Assembly (NCBI GenBank): GCA_964370755.1
Contig: CAYJKL010000002.1
Span: 7,712-71,711, forward strand
Reading direction: 5' to 3'
DNA length: 64,000 nucleotides
Source: an uncultured Muribaculaceae bacterium
GTDB lineage: Bacteria; Bacillota_I; Bacilli_A; RF39; UBA660
The translations under genes and the position numbers were made by a program. Shown piece after piece: positions 28,243 through 38,047 of the stretch. Each line of letters begins with the position of its first letter. Within the stretch, counting starts at the first letter, position 1. Under the pieces are notes generated by a model. The model was not told the origin of the DNA and did no database searches. It worked only from the letters and a program-made list of their open reading frames with translations.

Positions 28243-28807
28243 AAGCTTCTAAAACCATTTCTTGATGTCTTTCATCTATTCTATTAATTCCTGGTATTAA
28301 ACTGTTATAAAAATATATATCAGTAACACCTATCATTCCATTATCTCTTATATAATCTAGGTTTATCCCAGAACCTGTTGCTCCGCTTCTGTTATCAATT
28401 ATTTCTCCGTATGGATAATTTTCATCACCAGAGTGTTCAAATGGCGCGATTGATGCAGCTATTTTTGTATCACCAATTGTAACTATAATAGGTCTTCTTA
28501 TAATAGACCAAACTCCGCCCGATGTACTTTTAAGTTTATCTGTATCTTCCTGCGTTAAAGTTTCAACGTCAGCAAGCGTATCAAATCCACCTTCAATTCT
28601 TCTAACGTTATATGTAGTTCCAGTTTCAATATCATAAACTTCTGCTTCCATTCCTTCTTCAAAAAGTTCTAAAGCATCTACATAATTCATTAACTCTGAA
28701 TAACTTGTTTCTTCCGGAGAAGTTGTTGTTTCTACTGGTTTTTCTTCCTCGCCGCATCCTGCAGTTAGTAGTACTAAACCCATTATCATAAATAATTTCT
28801 TTTTCAT
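28226..28807 (-). CDS. Lipoprotein (lipobox LTAGC) with a possible DPBB/3D-like beta-barrel domain
   Basis: MKKKLFMIMGLVLLTAGCG. The C-terminal IVTIGDTKIAASIAPF...EIIDNRSGATGSGINLDY loosely resembles RlpA/3D DPBB segments. 17-nt overlap with the next gene. Confidence 0.55.
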   Translation of the reverse strand: MKKKLFMIMGLVLLTAGCGEEEKPVETTTSPEETSYSELMNYVDALELFEEGMEAEVYDIETGTTYNVRRIEGGFDTLADVETLTQEDTDKLKSTSGGVWSIIRRPIIVTIGDTKIAASIAPFEHSGDENYPYGEIIDNRSGATGSGINLDYIRDNGMIGVTDIYFYNSLIPGINRIDERHQEMVLEAYEYKE

Positions 28808-28867
28808 TTTCTTTACCTCATAAGTAACTTTGTTACCATATAAATTATAACATACAAAAAGGTTTAA

Positions 28868-29326
28868 TTAAACCCTTTTTAACTCCATATTATTTTTATA
28901 GTAGTTTTCAAGTGCTTTGAATAAACCTGGTGATGCGTCTAAACACATTTCACTTTGTAGTGTACTAATGTTGTCAAATCCAACTTCATTTATTACTTCG
29001 AATGGATATATGTTAATTACATTTAATGCTTCACTATATAAAGCACAGTGATAAAAACCATTTAAGTCTTTAAACACTATATTTGCTCCTGTTTCAGTAA
29101 AATTAATAATTGTATAACAAATACCATTTTTTTCTAGAAGTGCTCCATAACTTTTTATAGACGCTCCATCATAAAATATTTCATATTTGCAGTTTCCACC
29201 GCAGTTGTGCATGCAAGATGCACAACCTTTAAATTCTTTTGTTTTAAAAATTATTCCTTCATTTGTACCTTTAAATATTTTAAGTTTAAAGTGTTTTATA
29301 ATTTCATCTAATAATATATTATTCAT
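28868..29326 (-). CDS. Hypothetical 152-aa Cys-rich protein (C-x2-C-x3-C-x3-C cluster: GCASCMHNCGGNCKY)
   Basis: The cysteine cluster is read from the ORF translation; no family recognised. Confidence 0.5.
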   Translation of the reverse strand: MNNILLDEIIKHFKLKIFKGTNEGIIFKTKEFKGCASCMHNCGGNCKYEIFYDGASIKSYGALLEKNGICYTIINFTETGANIVFKDLNGFYHCALYSEALNVINIYPFEVINEVGFDNISTLQSEMCLDASPGLFKALENYYKNNMELKRV

Positions 29327-29383
29327 TTTTCTCCTTTTTGTGTTTCTATATTATACTACAAAATGAAGAAAAATGAAGTTTTT

Positions 29384-29626
29384 TTAAAACATTTTATCTA
29401 TATTATTTGGAACCTGGTCTTTAGATATTTTCCCTACTATTTTGTTTACTTGCTCGTCGCTTACATTTTTACCAGTTGCTTTACTTAAAACATTTATTAC
29501 CTCTCTAATAGTTTTTTCATCTTTCATATTTCCATTTTGAAGTTTTTCTGCTAATCCTATAATAGTATTTTTATCAACGTTTGTCTTTTTTTCTATTTTC
29601 TTAAATAGATCATCATTTAGTTTCAT
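29384..29626 (-). CDS. spoVIF: Stage VI sporulation protein F-like (SpoVIF/YjcC)
   Basis: 80 aa. FKKIEKKTNV..LAEKLQNGNMKDEKTIREVINVLS...VSDEQVNKIV...KMF aligns with B. subtilis SpoVIF (FFKNIEKKTGV..LAGSLQNANFKDENTVRSVI...EDKIV...ISKM). Confidence 0.65.
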   Translation of the reverse strand: MKLNDDLFKKIEKKTNVDKNTIIGLAEKLQNGNMKDEKTIREVINVLSKATGKNVSDEQVNKIVGKISKDQVPNNIDKMF

Positions 29627-29752
29627 AAATCCCCCTACAATAGAGTATGTAATTAATACAAATTGGTTAATTTACACTAATAACGTATAGTAGAATACTT
29701 TTACTTGCTATTACAATTATATTATGGTAAGATTTTTTAAAGAGGTAAATTT

Positions 29753-29824
29753 ATGAAAAAAAATTGTGTGGGTAAATTCTTTTTTGTTAAAACTAACGAT
29801 CTTTTTTCTATTCTCATCATTTAA
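29753..29824 (+). CDS. Candidate 23-aa leader ORF (MKKNCVGKFFFVKTNDLFSILII) upstream of pyrP-upp
   Basis: RBS AAAGAGG 7 nt upstream. The stop codon lies inside the following hairpin. Confidence 0.25.
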   Translation: MKKNCVGKFFFVKTNDLFSILII

Positions 29825-29842
29825 TTGATGGGATTTTTTTTT
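29815..29842 (+). terminator. Weak hairpin (CATCA-TTTAAT-TGATG) plus T9: candidate attenuator/terminator ahead of pyrP
   Basis: Read directly from the sequence. It lies 32 nt upstream of the pyrP start and overlaps the leader ORF stop. Confidence 0.35.
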
Positions 29843-29873
29843 GCTTTTTTAGTTGTTTTAGAGGAGGAAAATT

Positions 29874-31160
29874 ATGAAAAAAAACAATGACTTAATTTTG
29901 GATGTCCACGAAAAGCCTAAGCTTTATAAATGGATTATCTTAGCATTCCAACATGTGTTTGCAATGTTTGGAGCAACAATACTTGTTCCGATACTAGTTA
30001 ATGGCGCTGCTGGCGCCGAGGTGTTATCAACATCTGTTACCTTAGTAGCATCTGGAGTTGGTACACTTATTTATATTTTATGTACTAAGGGTAAAAGTCC
30101 AGTTTACCTAGGTTCATCATTTGCATTTATTACTCCTATTATTGTTGCATATGCAGCAAGTGGTAGAGCTAGCGTATTTACTGCACTTATGGTAATAGGT
30201 CTTGTATATGTTCTTGTTGCACTTTTAATTAAATTTATTGGCAAAAATTGGATTGATAAAGTCCTGCCACCAATAATAGTTGGACCTATGATTATGATAA
30301 TTGGTTTATCACTAGCTCCTACTGCTGTTGCACAAATTGGACTTAACTCAGCAGAAATTCCTTGGGAAAATATAGTAGTTGCACTTACATCATTTTTAGT
30401 AACTGGGCTTCTTGCTATTAAAGGTAAAGGATTTTTAAAAATTATACCATTTTTACTAGGTATATCATCTGGGTACATTTTAGCAGTGATACTTGGTATG
30501 GTTGATTTTGATTTAATAACGTCTGCATCATTTTTTGAAACACCAGACTTTTATGTAGCGTTTGCTAGTTATAGTTTAGACTTTGCTGCACTTCTTACAA
30601 TTGTACCTATTGCTCTAGTTACTATTGCTGAGCATATTGGAGATCATAAAGTTTTAAGTGAAATTCTTGGTAGAGATTTAACTAAAGACCCTGGACTTGA
30701 TAGAACTCTTATGGGAGATGGTCTTGCAACACTTTTTGCTGGGTTCATAGGAGGTCCTGCTAATACTACATATGGAGAAAATACATCTGTTGTTGGAATG
30801 ACAAAAGTAGCATCTGTTTGGGTAATAGGACTTGCCGCTATAATAGCAATTTGCTTTGGTTTTTTAGGAAGCGTGTCTGCATTTATTGCATCAATTCCAT
30901 CAGCTGTACTTGGAGGAGTTTCAATACTACTTTATGGGTTTATAGCAGTAAATGGTCTTAAAATTATAGTTAATAACAAAATTAATTTTAATAATACTAA
31001 AAATATAGTAGTTGCTGCTACGATGCTTGTTTTAGGACTAGGTGGTGCTATGATAGCAATTAATACAAATGATATATCTCTTACTATTTCAGGTATGAGT
31101 TTAGCTGCTATAATTGGTGTACTTCTTAATATACTAATTCCAGAAGGTAAGAAAAAATGA
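29874..31160 (+). CDS. pyrP: Uracil permease (NCS2 family)
   Basis: 428 aa, 12+ TM helices, and [15 protein letters not shown], characteristic of UraA/PyrP. RBS AGAGGAGG. Confidence 0.9.
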   Translation: MKKNNDLILDVHEKPKLYKWIILAFQHVFAMFGATILVPILVNGAAGAEVLSTSVTLVASGVGTLIYILCTKGKSPVYLGSSFAFITPIIVAYAASGRASVFTALMVIGLVYVLVALLIKFIGKNWIDKVLPPIIVGPMIMIIGLSLAPTAVAQIGLNSAEIPWENIVVALTSFLVTGLLAIKGKGFLKIIPFLLGISSGYILAVILGMVDFDLITSASFFETPDFYVAFASYSLDFAALLTIVPIALVTIAEHIGDHKVLSEILGRDLTKDPGLDRTLMGDGLATLFAGFIGGPANTTYGENTSVVGMTKVASVWVIGLAAIIAICFGFLGSVSAFIASIPSAVLGGVSILLYGFIAVNGLKIIVNNKINFNNTKNIVVAATMLVLGLGGAMIAINTNDISLTISGMSLAAIIGVLLNILIPEGKKK

Positions 31161-31783
31161 AAGAAGTAGTACTTGATCATCCTCTTATTACTCATAAACT
31201 TTCTATTCTTAGAAATGTAAATACTTGTACTAAAGAGTTTAGAGAATTAATTAAAGAAATATCAGTTTTACTTTGTTATGAAGCCACTAAAGATATTAAT
31301 CTTAAGGACGTGACTATAAATACACCTATGGAAAAATATCATACAAAGATGCTTGTTTGTGATGATTTTGCTTTTGTTCCTATACTTAGAGCAGGACTTT
31401 CCATGGTAGATGGAATAATAAATATTATACCTAATGCTAGAGTTGGACATATTGGACTTTATAGAAATGAGGAAACCTTAAAACCTGTTGAGTACTATTA
31501 TAAAATGCCTAAAGACATCAATAGGAAAACAGTATTTTTATTAGATCCGATGCTTGCAACTGGAGGGTCTGCTATAGCTGCAGTAGATAAACTTAAAGAA
31601 AGCGGAGCTACTAAAATTAAATTTTTATGTATTATAGCTGCTCCTGAAGGTTTAGAAGCACTTAAAAAAGCACATCCTGATGTAGAAATATTTGCAGCTA
31701 CTGTAGATAGATGTCTTAGTAATATAGGTTATATAATGCCAGGTCTTGGAGATGCTGGAGATAGAGTTTATGGAACCAAATAA
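31157..31783 (+). CDS. upp: Uracil phosphoribosyltransferase
   Basis: [19 protein letters not shown]..., the PRPP-binding [14 protein letters not shown] motif, and an ATGA overlap with pyrP. Confidence 0.95.
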   Translation: MKEVVLDHPLITHKLSILRNVNTCTKEFRELIKEISVLLCYEATKDINLKDVTINTPMEKYHTKMLVCDDFAFVPILRAGLSMVDGIINIIPNARVGHIGLYRNEETLKPVEYYYKMPKDINRKTVFLLDPMLATGGSAIAAVDKLKESGATKIKFLCIIAAPEGLEALKKAHPDVEIFAATVDRCLSNIGYIMPGLGDAGDRVYGTK

Positions 31784-31810
31784 AAAAATAGTTTTTTAAA
31801 AGCTATTTTT

Positions 31811-32206
31811 TTATTTTACTAATTTTCCTGTGTAATCTAGTATTCCGCCTGCATCATATACATTTGTAAATCCCAGAGAGTCTAGTATACTTTTTGCATC
31901 AGAACTTCTTACACCACTTCTGCAGTATACAAAAATTTGTGTATCTTTATTATATAGTTCTTTAAAAGATTCATCAATTTCATCAAGTGGAATATTAACA
32001 CTTCCATCTATATGACCTTCATCAAACTCTTCTTTTGTTCTTACATCAATTATAACTCCATTATCTGTTATAATTTCATACATTTCATCAAAGGTAACTT
32101 TGTAACTAGTTTTAGTTTCTACAGTTTCTTTTTCTTTATCACTTACAACCACTATTACTCCTATTATTATACTTATTAGTAGTATAACTACTATAAATTT
32201 TTTCAT
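31811..32206 (-). CDS. Rhodanese-domain protein with an N-terminal signal/TM anchor
   Basis: Active-site loop FVYCRSGVRS and the conserved IDVR..EEF..GHI rhodanese fold residues. Confidence 0.8.
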   Translation of the reverse strand: MKKFIVVILLISIIIGVIVVVSDKEKETVETKTSYKVTFDEMYEIITDNGVIIDVRTKEEFDEGHIDGSVNIPLDEIDESFKELYNKDTQIFVYCRSGVRSSDAKSILDSLGFTNVYDAGGILDYTGKLVK

Positions 32207-34003
32207 TTATTTTTTTTCTCTCTTGTATCTTTGATATGCTTTTATATTTTCAAAGTATATACCATTAACTTCTAAATATTTATCTGCTTTTATATCTTCA
32301 TTTGATATTGATACAGTTACATAATCATAAGAATTTTTTTCTGTTAAAATATTAGGGTCAAATACTTCAAAAACATTATTTTCATCATAAACTACTAGTT
32401 TTAAGTTTTCATCAATGCAATAATTCGTAAAATTTTCTAGTACTGTTTCTCCAGTTTTTAATGATACTATTTTATACATATTATCTATTTTAATTAAAAT
32501 GTAGTTAACCATAAAGCATATAACTTCACTTACATTATCATGAAGTATTTCTCCTGTTATAACATCTCCTATTTCAAACGAATTATTTATATCTTCACTA
32601 ATTTCCCAGACACTAGATACTCCATTTTTTTGATTTTCTATGCGTTCACTTGGTGCCATAGTTACTAATTGTTTTGTAATTTTCTTTTCTTTATTTGCTA
32701 TGAATATTTTGTTTTTTAGTAATTCTAAATGCAAAGCGTCATCATAAATTTGTTCTTTTTTATTTGCGTCATAAATAAAGTATTTAAGTGTATTATCTTC
32801 ATCCCTTTTAGTACATAGAAATATGTTTGCATCTTTTACGTTTAATTTTTCTATTCGAAATAGAGGATTTTTAATTTCCATTTCTCCTGTTACAACATTA
32901 TATAAATACCATCCATCACCACATAATATTATTGAATGGGTATAACTTGCAGATTCATAACCTTTAACACCTGACTTTAATATACTTTCTTTCCCACTGC
33001 TATAGTTGAATAAATATTCTTCATTATTTTTATTTTTACAAATTGCAAATGTATCACTTATACTGTTTAATACTTCATCGCCCTCTTTTAGTATTATCTC
33101 GCCATTTGATGGATCTATAAGTGTTTTTTTGTTATCTATTTTGGCAAGTAATACAACCTTTTTTTGGTTTTTGACTTCTATAACCTTAATTAATTTAAAA
33201 CTTCCTATAAGTTCATCTATTCCATCTAGTAATGTTGTATTATTTTCATTTTCGTTGTCTATTAGTACATAAGAGTTATTTGATACGTATTTTATATAAT
33301 AAGAACCGTAAAATATTCTAGTCATTTTTGTTTTTCTATCGTATAGTTGTATTATTTTTTGATTTTTTGCTATCATTAAATCTCCAACACAAAGCATATC
33401 TTCTTTGTTTATAGAACCATCAAAAATATATTCTTCAGTTTCACCACAAAGTATGTTACAAAAGTCTTTTTTTTCTAATGTAAAATAATTATTGTGGCCA
33501 TGTTTATGCACAAGTTCTAAATCACTTTCTATTAAATCTCCAGAAAAATTGTAAATATCTGTATATGTTTTTTTCTTGTTTTCGCGAACATTAAGAAATA
33601 AACCACTTTCTTCGTAATATTCATCATCTTCTTCTGCTTTTTTCGAGTATACTATTTCTCCTTTTTTTGCGTTATAAATTTCTAAGTTTCCATCGATTGT
33701 ATCACATAAAAATACATATCCATGTCTTTGATTATGCAAATCTTGAATACACTTATATTCACAGTCAAATATTATTTTTCTTTTCTCTAAATCATAAAGT
33801 CCATCTAAGTTATTTTCCTCTGTCATTATTATGAATTTATCATCTATAATTAGAAATCCTTTTTTGTAATTACATGGAAAAATTTCTCTTTTATTACTAT
33901 CTAAAAGTCCATAGTTATTTCCTTTTTTAGTTAAGTAAAAATTTTCTCCATATTCGTATTTTTCTATTTTATCGTACTCTTTGTACATTATTACATTTGG
34001 CAT
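32207..34003 (-). CDS. WG-repeat (KWG-like) containing protein, 598 aa
   Basis: Repeats of the form NYGLLDSNKREIFPCNYKKGF... / DGLYDLEKRKIIFDCEYKCI match the WG beta-repeat pattern (GkwGlid.nGk.viPp.Yd). Confidence 0.6.
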   Translation of the reverse strand: MPNVIMYKEYDKIEKYEYGENFYLTKKGNNYGLLDSNKREIFPCNYKKGFLIIDDKFIIMTEENNLDGLYDLEKRKIIFDCEYKCIQDLHNQRHGYVFLCDTIDGNLEIYNAKKGEIVYSKKAEEDDEYYEESGLFLNVRENKKKTYTDIYNFSGDLIESDLELVHKHGHNNYFTLEKKDFCNILCGETEEYIFDGSINKEDMLCVGDLMIAKNQKIIQLYDRKTKMTRIFYGSYYIKYVSNNSYVLIDNENENNTTLLDGIDELIGSFKLIKVIEVKNQKKVVLLAKIDNKKTLIDPSNGEIILKEGDEVLNSISDTFAICKNKNNEEYLFNYSSGKESILKSGVKGYESASYTHSIILCGDGWYLYNVVTGEMEIKNPLFRIEKLNVKDANIFLCTKRDEDNTLKYFIYDANKKEQIYDDALHLELLKNKIFIANKEKKITKQLVTMAPSERIENQKNGVSSVWEISEDINNSFEIGDVITGEILHDNVSEVICFMVNYILIKIDNMYKIVSLKTGETVLENFTNYCIDENLKLVVYDENNVFEVFDPNILTEKNSYDYVTVSISNEDIKADKYLEVNGIYFENIKAYQRYKREKK

Positions 34004-34074
34004 AAACTACCCTCCTAGTTAAAGGATAATATATTTCAAACATATAGTCAATAAAAAAGCACTAAATAGTGCGA

Positions 34075-34647
34075 TTAAATTGTGGAATTTTTTGTTTTTT
34101 TATGTATATTGTTTAATATCGGAGTGATAATTGTTCCTAAGACTATTAAAATTATAATTATTAATATTATTCTTATAAAAAATCCGCTATAGTCTATGAT
34201 TTCCCAATATGTAGTAAGTAATATAAAGTTTAAAACTATTGATAAATATATTGTATAATTTCTGATTTTGTTTACTAATGAGTTATTGTTAATCAACAAC
34301 ATAAGTGATATATGACCCGTAGAAATTGCTATAGTTATCAATGATACTAGTATTTTTATTGTGTATTCGAAGGAAGTACTAATTATATCTATTAATCCCC
34401 ATATAATTAAAATCAAAAAAATTGATCCTACTAGTGATGATAGTATACCGAACGTAGAAAACTTTTTATGTTTATCATAAATGGCAGAGCAACAAAGTCC
34501 AGGTATGCTGAATGCAAATATACTTGATGTAGTGCTTATTATTTTTGTCGTTAAGGAGTTTGATTCTCCAGCTATAATAATGTATATTCCGATTAAAGCA
34601 CTGATTGTTAGTGTTGATATTAATAATTTTAGTATTTTATTTTTCAT
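34075..34647 (-). CDS. Hypothetical polytopic membrane protein (190 aa)
   Basis: Five or more hydrophobic helices; no motif recognised. Confidence 0.5.
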   Translation of the reverse strand: MKNKILKLLISTLTISALIGIYIIIAGESNSLTTKIISTTSSIFAFSIPGLCCSAIYDKHKKFSTFGILSSLVGSIFLILIIWGLIDIISTSFEYTIKILVSLITIAISTGHISLMLLINNNSLVNKIRNYTIYLSIVLNFILLTTYWEIIDYSGFFIRIILIIIILIVLGTIITPILNNIHKKTKNSTI

Positions 34648-34844
34648 GTAAATTATCTCCTTTTTATATTTTTATATTTTTATTGTATCATAATTAGCGG
34701 CAAAATTCTAGTGATATAGATTTTTTTTCTAATAAATATTTCTGAAATTTATACAAAAGAAGATACTTTTAATAAAACACCGATTTTCATCAGTGCTAAA
34801 ATAAACATTCTTAGTTATATATTAATTTTATAATTTAATCTTGA

Positions 34845-35630
34845 CTAAATTATTAATAAACTTAGTGCCATAACCATCATTCCTAAAATCATTCCGTATG
34901 TAACAAGACTGTGTTTTCCGTATTTTCTTGCTGCAGGGAGGAGTTCATCTATACTTATAAATACCATAATACCTGCAACTGATGCAAATATGAAGCCAAA
35001 TACAATGTCGCTCATAAATTCTTTTAGCAAGAGATAACCTAGTACTGCTCCTACTGGTTCTACGATTCCTGATAAAAATGAGTATTTAAATGCTTTAAGT
35101 CTTGAACCTGTTGCATAATATATTGGCATTGATACTGCTATTCCTTCTGGTATGTTATGTATCGCTATTGCAAGGGCTATCGCTACTCCAAGTGACGGAT
35201 CTTCAAGCGCTGATATAAATGTTGCAAGACCTTCTGGAAAGTTATGAATCGCTATTGCGAGCGCTGTAAACATTCCCATTTTAAGTAAACTTTTTTTATC
35301 ATTTTTTTTGTTTTTATTTATATTTGCATTGTGTTTTTCTGGTGATATAAATTTATCAATAAGCGCTATTAAGAGTATTCCTGCGAAAAAACCTCCTGCA
35401 GTAAGCCATGCTCCAGTATATTCATTTGTTGCAACACTAAGAGATTCTAGTGCTTTAACTAGTATTTCAGTAAATGATACATATATCATAACTCCTGCTG
35501 AAAACCCTAGTGCTCCCGCTAAGAAACTATAGCTTGTTTTTTTTGCAAATAAACTTATTAAACTTCCTACTCCTGTTGCAAGACCTGCAAAAAGTGTTAA
35601 GCAAAATGCAAATATTATATTATTTTCCAA
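34845..35630 (-). CDS. zupT: ZIP-family zinc transporter (ZupT-like)
   Basis: [48 protein letters not shown] is the ZIP signature. An AATTAA-N11-TTAATT dyad lies in its promoter region at ~35660-35690, but its AT-richness makes it uninformative. Confidence 0.85.
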   Translation of the reverse strand: MENNIIFAFCLTLFAGLATGVGSLISLFAKKTSYSFLAGALGFSAGVMIYVSFTEILVKALESLSVATNEYTGAWLTAGGFFAGILLIALIDKFISPEKHNANINKNKKNDKKSLLKMGMFTALAIAIHNFPEGLATFISALEDPSLGVAIALAIAIHNIPEGIAVSMPIYYATGSRLKAFKYSFLSGIVEPVGAVLGYLLLKEFMSDIVFGFIFASVAGIMVFISIDELLPAARKYGKHSLVTYGMILGMMVMALSLLII

Positions 35631-35691
35631 ATTAATTCACTTCCTTTAATCAAATAATCACAGTGTATTATATGAATTAATTTAAAAGTCG

Positions 35692-36198
35692 TTAATTTTC
35701 TAAAATTATTTTGGTAACTTCTTTGATACTTTTATTACTAGTGTCTATTATGTATTTTTTATCATAGTTATAATTTTTAATTTCATTTAAAAGTATAATA
35801 GATCTTTCACCCATTTGACAATCTATAGGTCTTTCTTTATCTCTTTTTATTAAAGTTTCTTCACTGCATAGTAATACTTTAAAAATTATTTTTGAATTTG
35901 TAAACTCTTTAAATAATCTTTCTTTATCTTTTGGATTTATTATATAGTTAAATACTACATCATAACCATTTTCTAAGTAGTTATTAATTAGTATAATAAT
36001 ATTTTTCCAAAATAAGTCTAGGGGAGCATTTTCCATCCACGGACTAATTCTTCCGCCTACAAAAAAGTTATAAACATCATCACCTTCTATTAAGACTGAT
36101 TTTGTTAGAGAACTAGCTAGGTTTTTACTAATTGTACTTTTCCCTACTCCAGCGGGTCCTGTTATTATATATAATTTATTCTTCTTTTGTTTCCTCAC
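35692..36198 (-). CDS. P-loop NTPase / small-molecule kinase-like protein (AAA_33 / chloramphenicol-phosphotransferase-like fold)
   Basis: Walker A ITGPAGVGKST. 168 aa. The ORF-track start overlaps the histidine-kinase stop by 23 nt. Confidence 0.55.
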   Translation of the reverse strand: MRKQKKNKLYIITGPAGVGKSTISKNLASSLTKSVLIEGDDVYNFFVGGRISPWMENAPLDLFWKNIIILINNYLENGYDVVFNYIINPKDKERLFKEFTNSKIIFKVLLCSEETLIKRDKERPIDCQMGERSIILLNEIKNYNYDKKYIIDTSNKSIKEVTKIILEN

Positions 36199-37384
36199 TT
36201 TTAAAGTATTTTATGGTAAATACTGTTTTTACTTCTTTTTCTGATTCTACACTTATTATTCCATCTTCTTTTAAAATAATTGTTTTTGCTAAATTTAAGC
36301 CTACTCCAATACTGTTTTCGCTACTGTTTTTATCTTTGTAAAATCTATTAAATATTTTAGTTATTTTTTCTTTTTCAATACCTTTTCCGTAATCTATAAT
36401 ATTTATTTCAGTGTAAAAATTATTACTTTTAAACTCTATATCTATATTGCTATTTTTATAGCTATGTTCTGCTGCATTTTTTATAATATTTGCAATTGCT
36501 TCGCTTTGCCATTTTTTATCAACGTATAAAAATACATCTTTACTACCACTTATGTTTATGTTGATTTTTTTCTTTTCTAATATTTGTCTTACTTTATCAA
36601 TTGATAAATCTATTAGTTCTTTAACTTTAATTTTATCTTTTTTAAACTCAATAACATCTGCATCAAATTTACTAAGTTTGAGTAAGTTATATATTAAAAA
36701 CTCCATATTATTTAGTTCTACTCTGATGTCTTTAATAAATTCATTTTTTGTTTTTTCATCCATGTTTGGATTATCTAAAATATTATCTACTAAGATACTT
36801 ATTCCACTCATTGGTGTTTTTAATTGATGTGATAAATCTACAATATTATCTTTAATACTTATTTTTTCTTTTTTGTTATTTTCAGCGTGCTCTTTTAAAG
36901 ATATGGCTAGTTTGTATACTTCACTTTTAAATATTGATAAATCATTTAAACTATTATCGTATGGTTCTAATTTGTAGTTTAGATTACTTAATTCACTAAA
37001 ATAATTTATCATTTTGTTATATTCTATTTTTCTTTTCTTTTCATGTATTATATACATAATGAATACTATAATTATAAGTAAATTTACTATTACTATATTC
37101 CTTATTATATTAGAGTAGTATATGTCTTTAAAATTATCATTTAGAAATTTATCTGTAGTGTCATAACCATATTTTGTTAGATTATTTTCATTAAAATCAT
37201 TACCTTTTAAAATATTAAGTATTTCTTCTTCTGTAACATCGTTACTAATTACACTAAATAATATTTTATTATAGTATAAGTTATTTTTTTTATAACTTAA
37301 ATCAGTAAGTACATAAGTTACTAGCGAGAAAAATATCATAGCTGAAATTAATATTATTACCTTTTTAATCATTTTCATTCTCAC
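36176..37384 (-). CDS. Sensor histidine kinase (2 TM, HisKA + HATPase_c)
   Basis: H-box LSHQLKTPMSGISILVDNI, N-box IIKNAAEHS, and G-boxes DYGKGI / GVGLNLAKTIIL. Confidence 0.85.
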   Translation of the reverse strand: MRMKMIKKVIILISAMIFFSLVTYVLTDLSYKKNNLYYNKILFSVISNDVTEEEILNILKGNDFNENNLTKYGYDTTDKFLNDNFKDIYYSNIIRNIVIVNLLIIIVFIMYIIHEKKRKIEYNKMINYFSELSNLNYKLEPYDNSLNDLSIFKSEVYKLAISLKEHAENNKKEKISIKDNIVDLSHQLKTPMSGISILVDNILDNPNMDEKTKNEFIKDIRVELNNMEFLIYNLLKLSKFDADVIEFKKDKIKVKELIDLSIDKVRQILEKKKININISGSKDVFLYVDKKWQSEAIANIIKNAAEHSYKNSNIDIEFKSNNFYTEINIIDYGKGIEKEKITKIFNRFYKDKNSSENSIGVGLNLAKTIILKEDGIISVESEKEVKTVFTIKYFKSEETKEE

Positions 37385-38009
37385 TTAACATGTAACCTAG
37401 ACCTTTAATTGTTTTAATATATGGTACATTTAATTTTTCTCTTATTCTTTTAATATAAACTGATAATGTATTATCGTTTACAAATTTACCATTATCATCC
37501 CATATAATTGATAATATTTTGTCTCTAGTTACTAGTTTTTCATTATTTATAATTAGTGTATACATGATGTTGTATTCAAGTGGAGTGAAATCAATAAGTT
37601 TATTATCCACAAAAATCTTTTGTTTTAAAATATCTACTGTTATGTTTTTGAAGTAAATATATTCTTTGCTAGAACGATTTAAAACTTTAGATATTCTAGC
37701 TAGAAGTTCTCCATTTCTAAATGGTTTTAAAATGTACTCATCAGCAAGAGATAAACCTTTTATTATATTTTCTTCTTCATCATTAGCAGTTAAAAATATT
37801 ATTGGTGTATCTTTTATAGTTTTAGCTATATCAAAACCATTTCCATCTGGAAGTGTTAGGTCTAAAATTACTAAATCATAAATGTTTTTTAATTTAGTTA
37901 ATGCAGTTTCTTTGTTTTCTGCATAATCAAATATATATTCTTTTTCAAGTAAATATTTAAGTCCCTTTATAATTAGTTTATTATCTTCGATAAGAAGTAT
38001 TTTTTTCAT
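37365..38009 (-). CDS. OmpR-family response regulator
   Basis: MKKILLIEDN...ILDLTLPDGNGFDI receiver domain plus a winged-helix C-terminus (LVTRDKILSIIWDD...TLSVYIKRIREKL). Confidence 0.9.
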   Translation of the reverse strand: MKKILLIEDNKLIIKGLKYLLEKEYIFDYAENKETALTKLKNIYDLVILDLTLPDGNGFDIAKTIKDTPIIFLTANDEEENIIKGLSLADEYILKPFRNGELLARISKVLNRSSKEYIYFKNITVDILKQKIFVDNKLIDFTPLEYNIMYTLIINNEKLVTRDKILSIIWDDNGKFVNDNTLSVYIKRIREKLNVPYIKTIKGLGYMLSENEND

Positions 38010-38047
38010 TATGTTTCTCCTATAGAAAAAGGCTTTAAAGCCCTTTA

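Noticed and set aside
18367-28807. SipW signal peptidase gene within the surface-protein cluster
   Set aside because: No ~190-aa type-I signal peptidase ORF is present. The 193-aa candidate at 28226-28807 is a lipoprotein (lipobox LTAGC) without SPase motifs.
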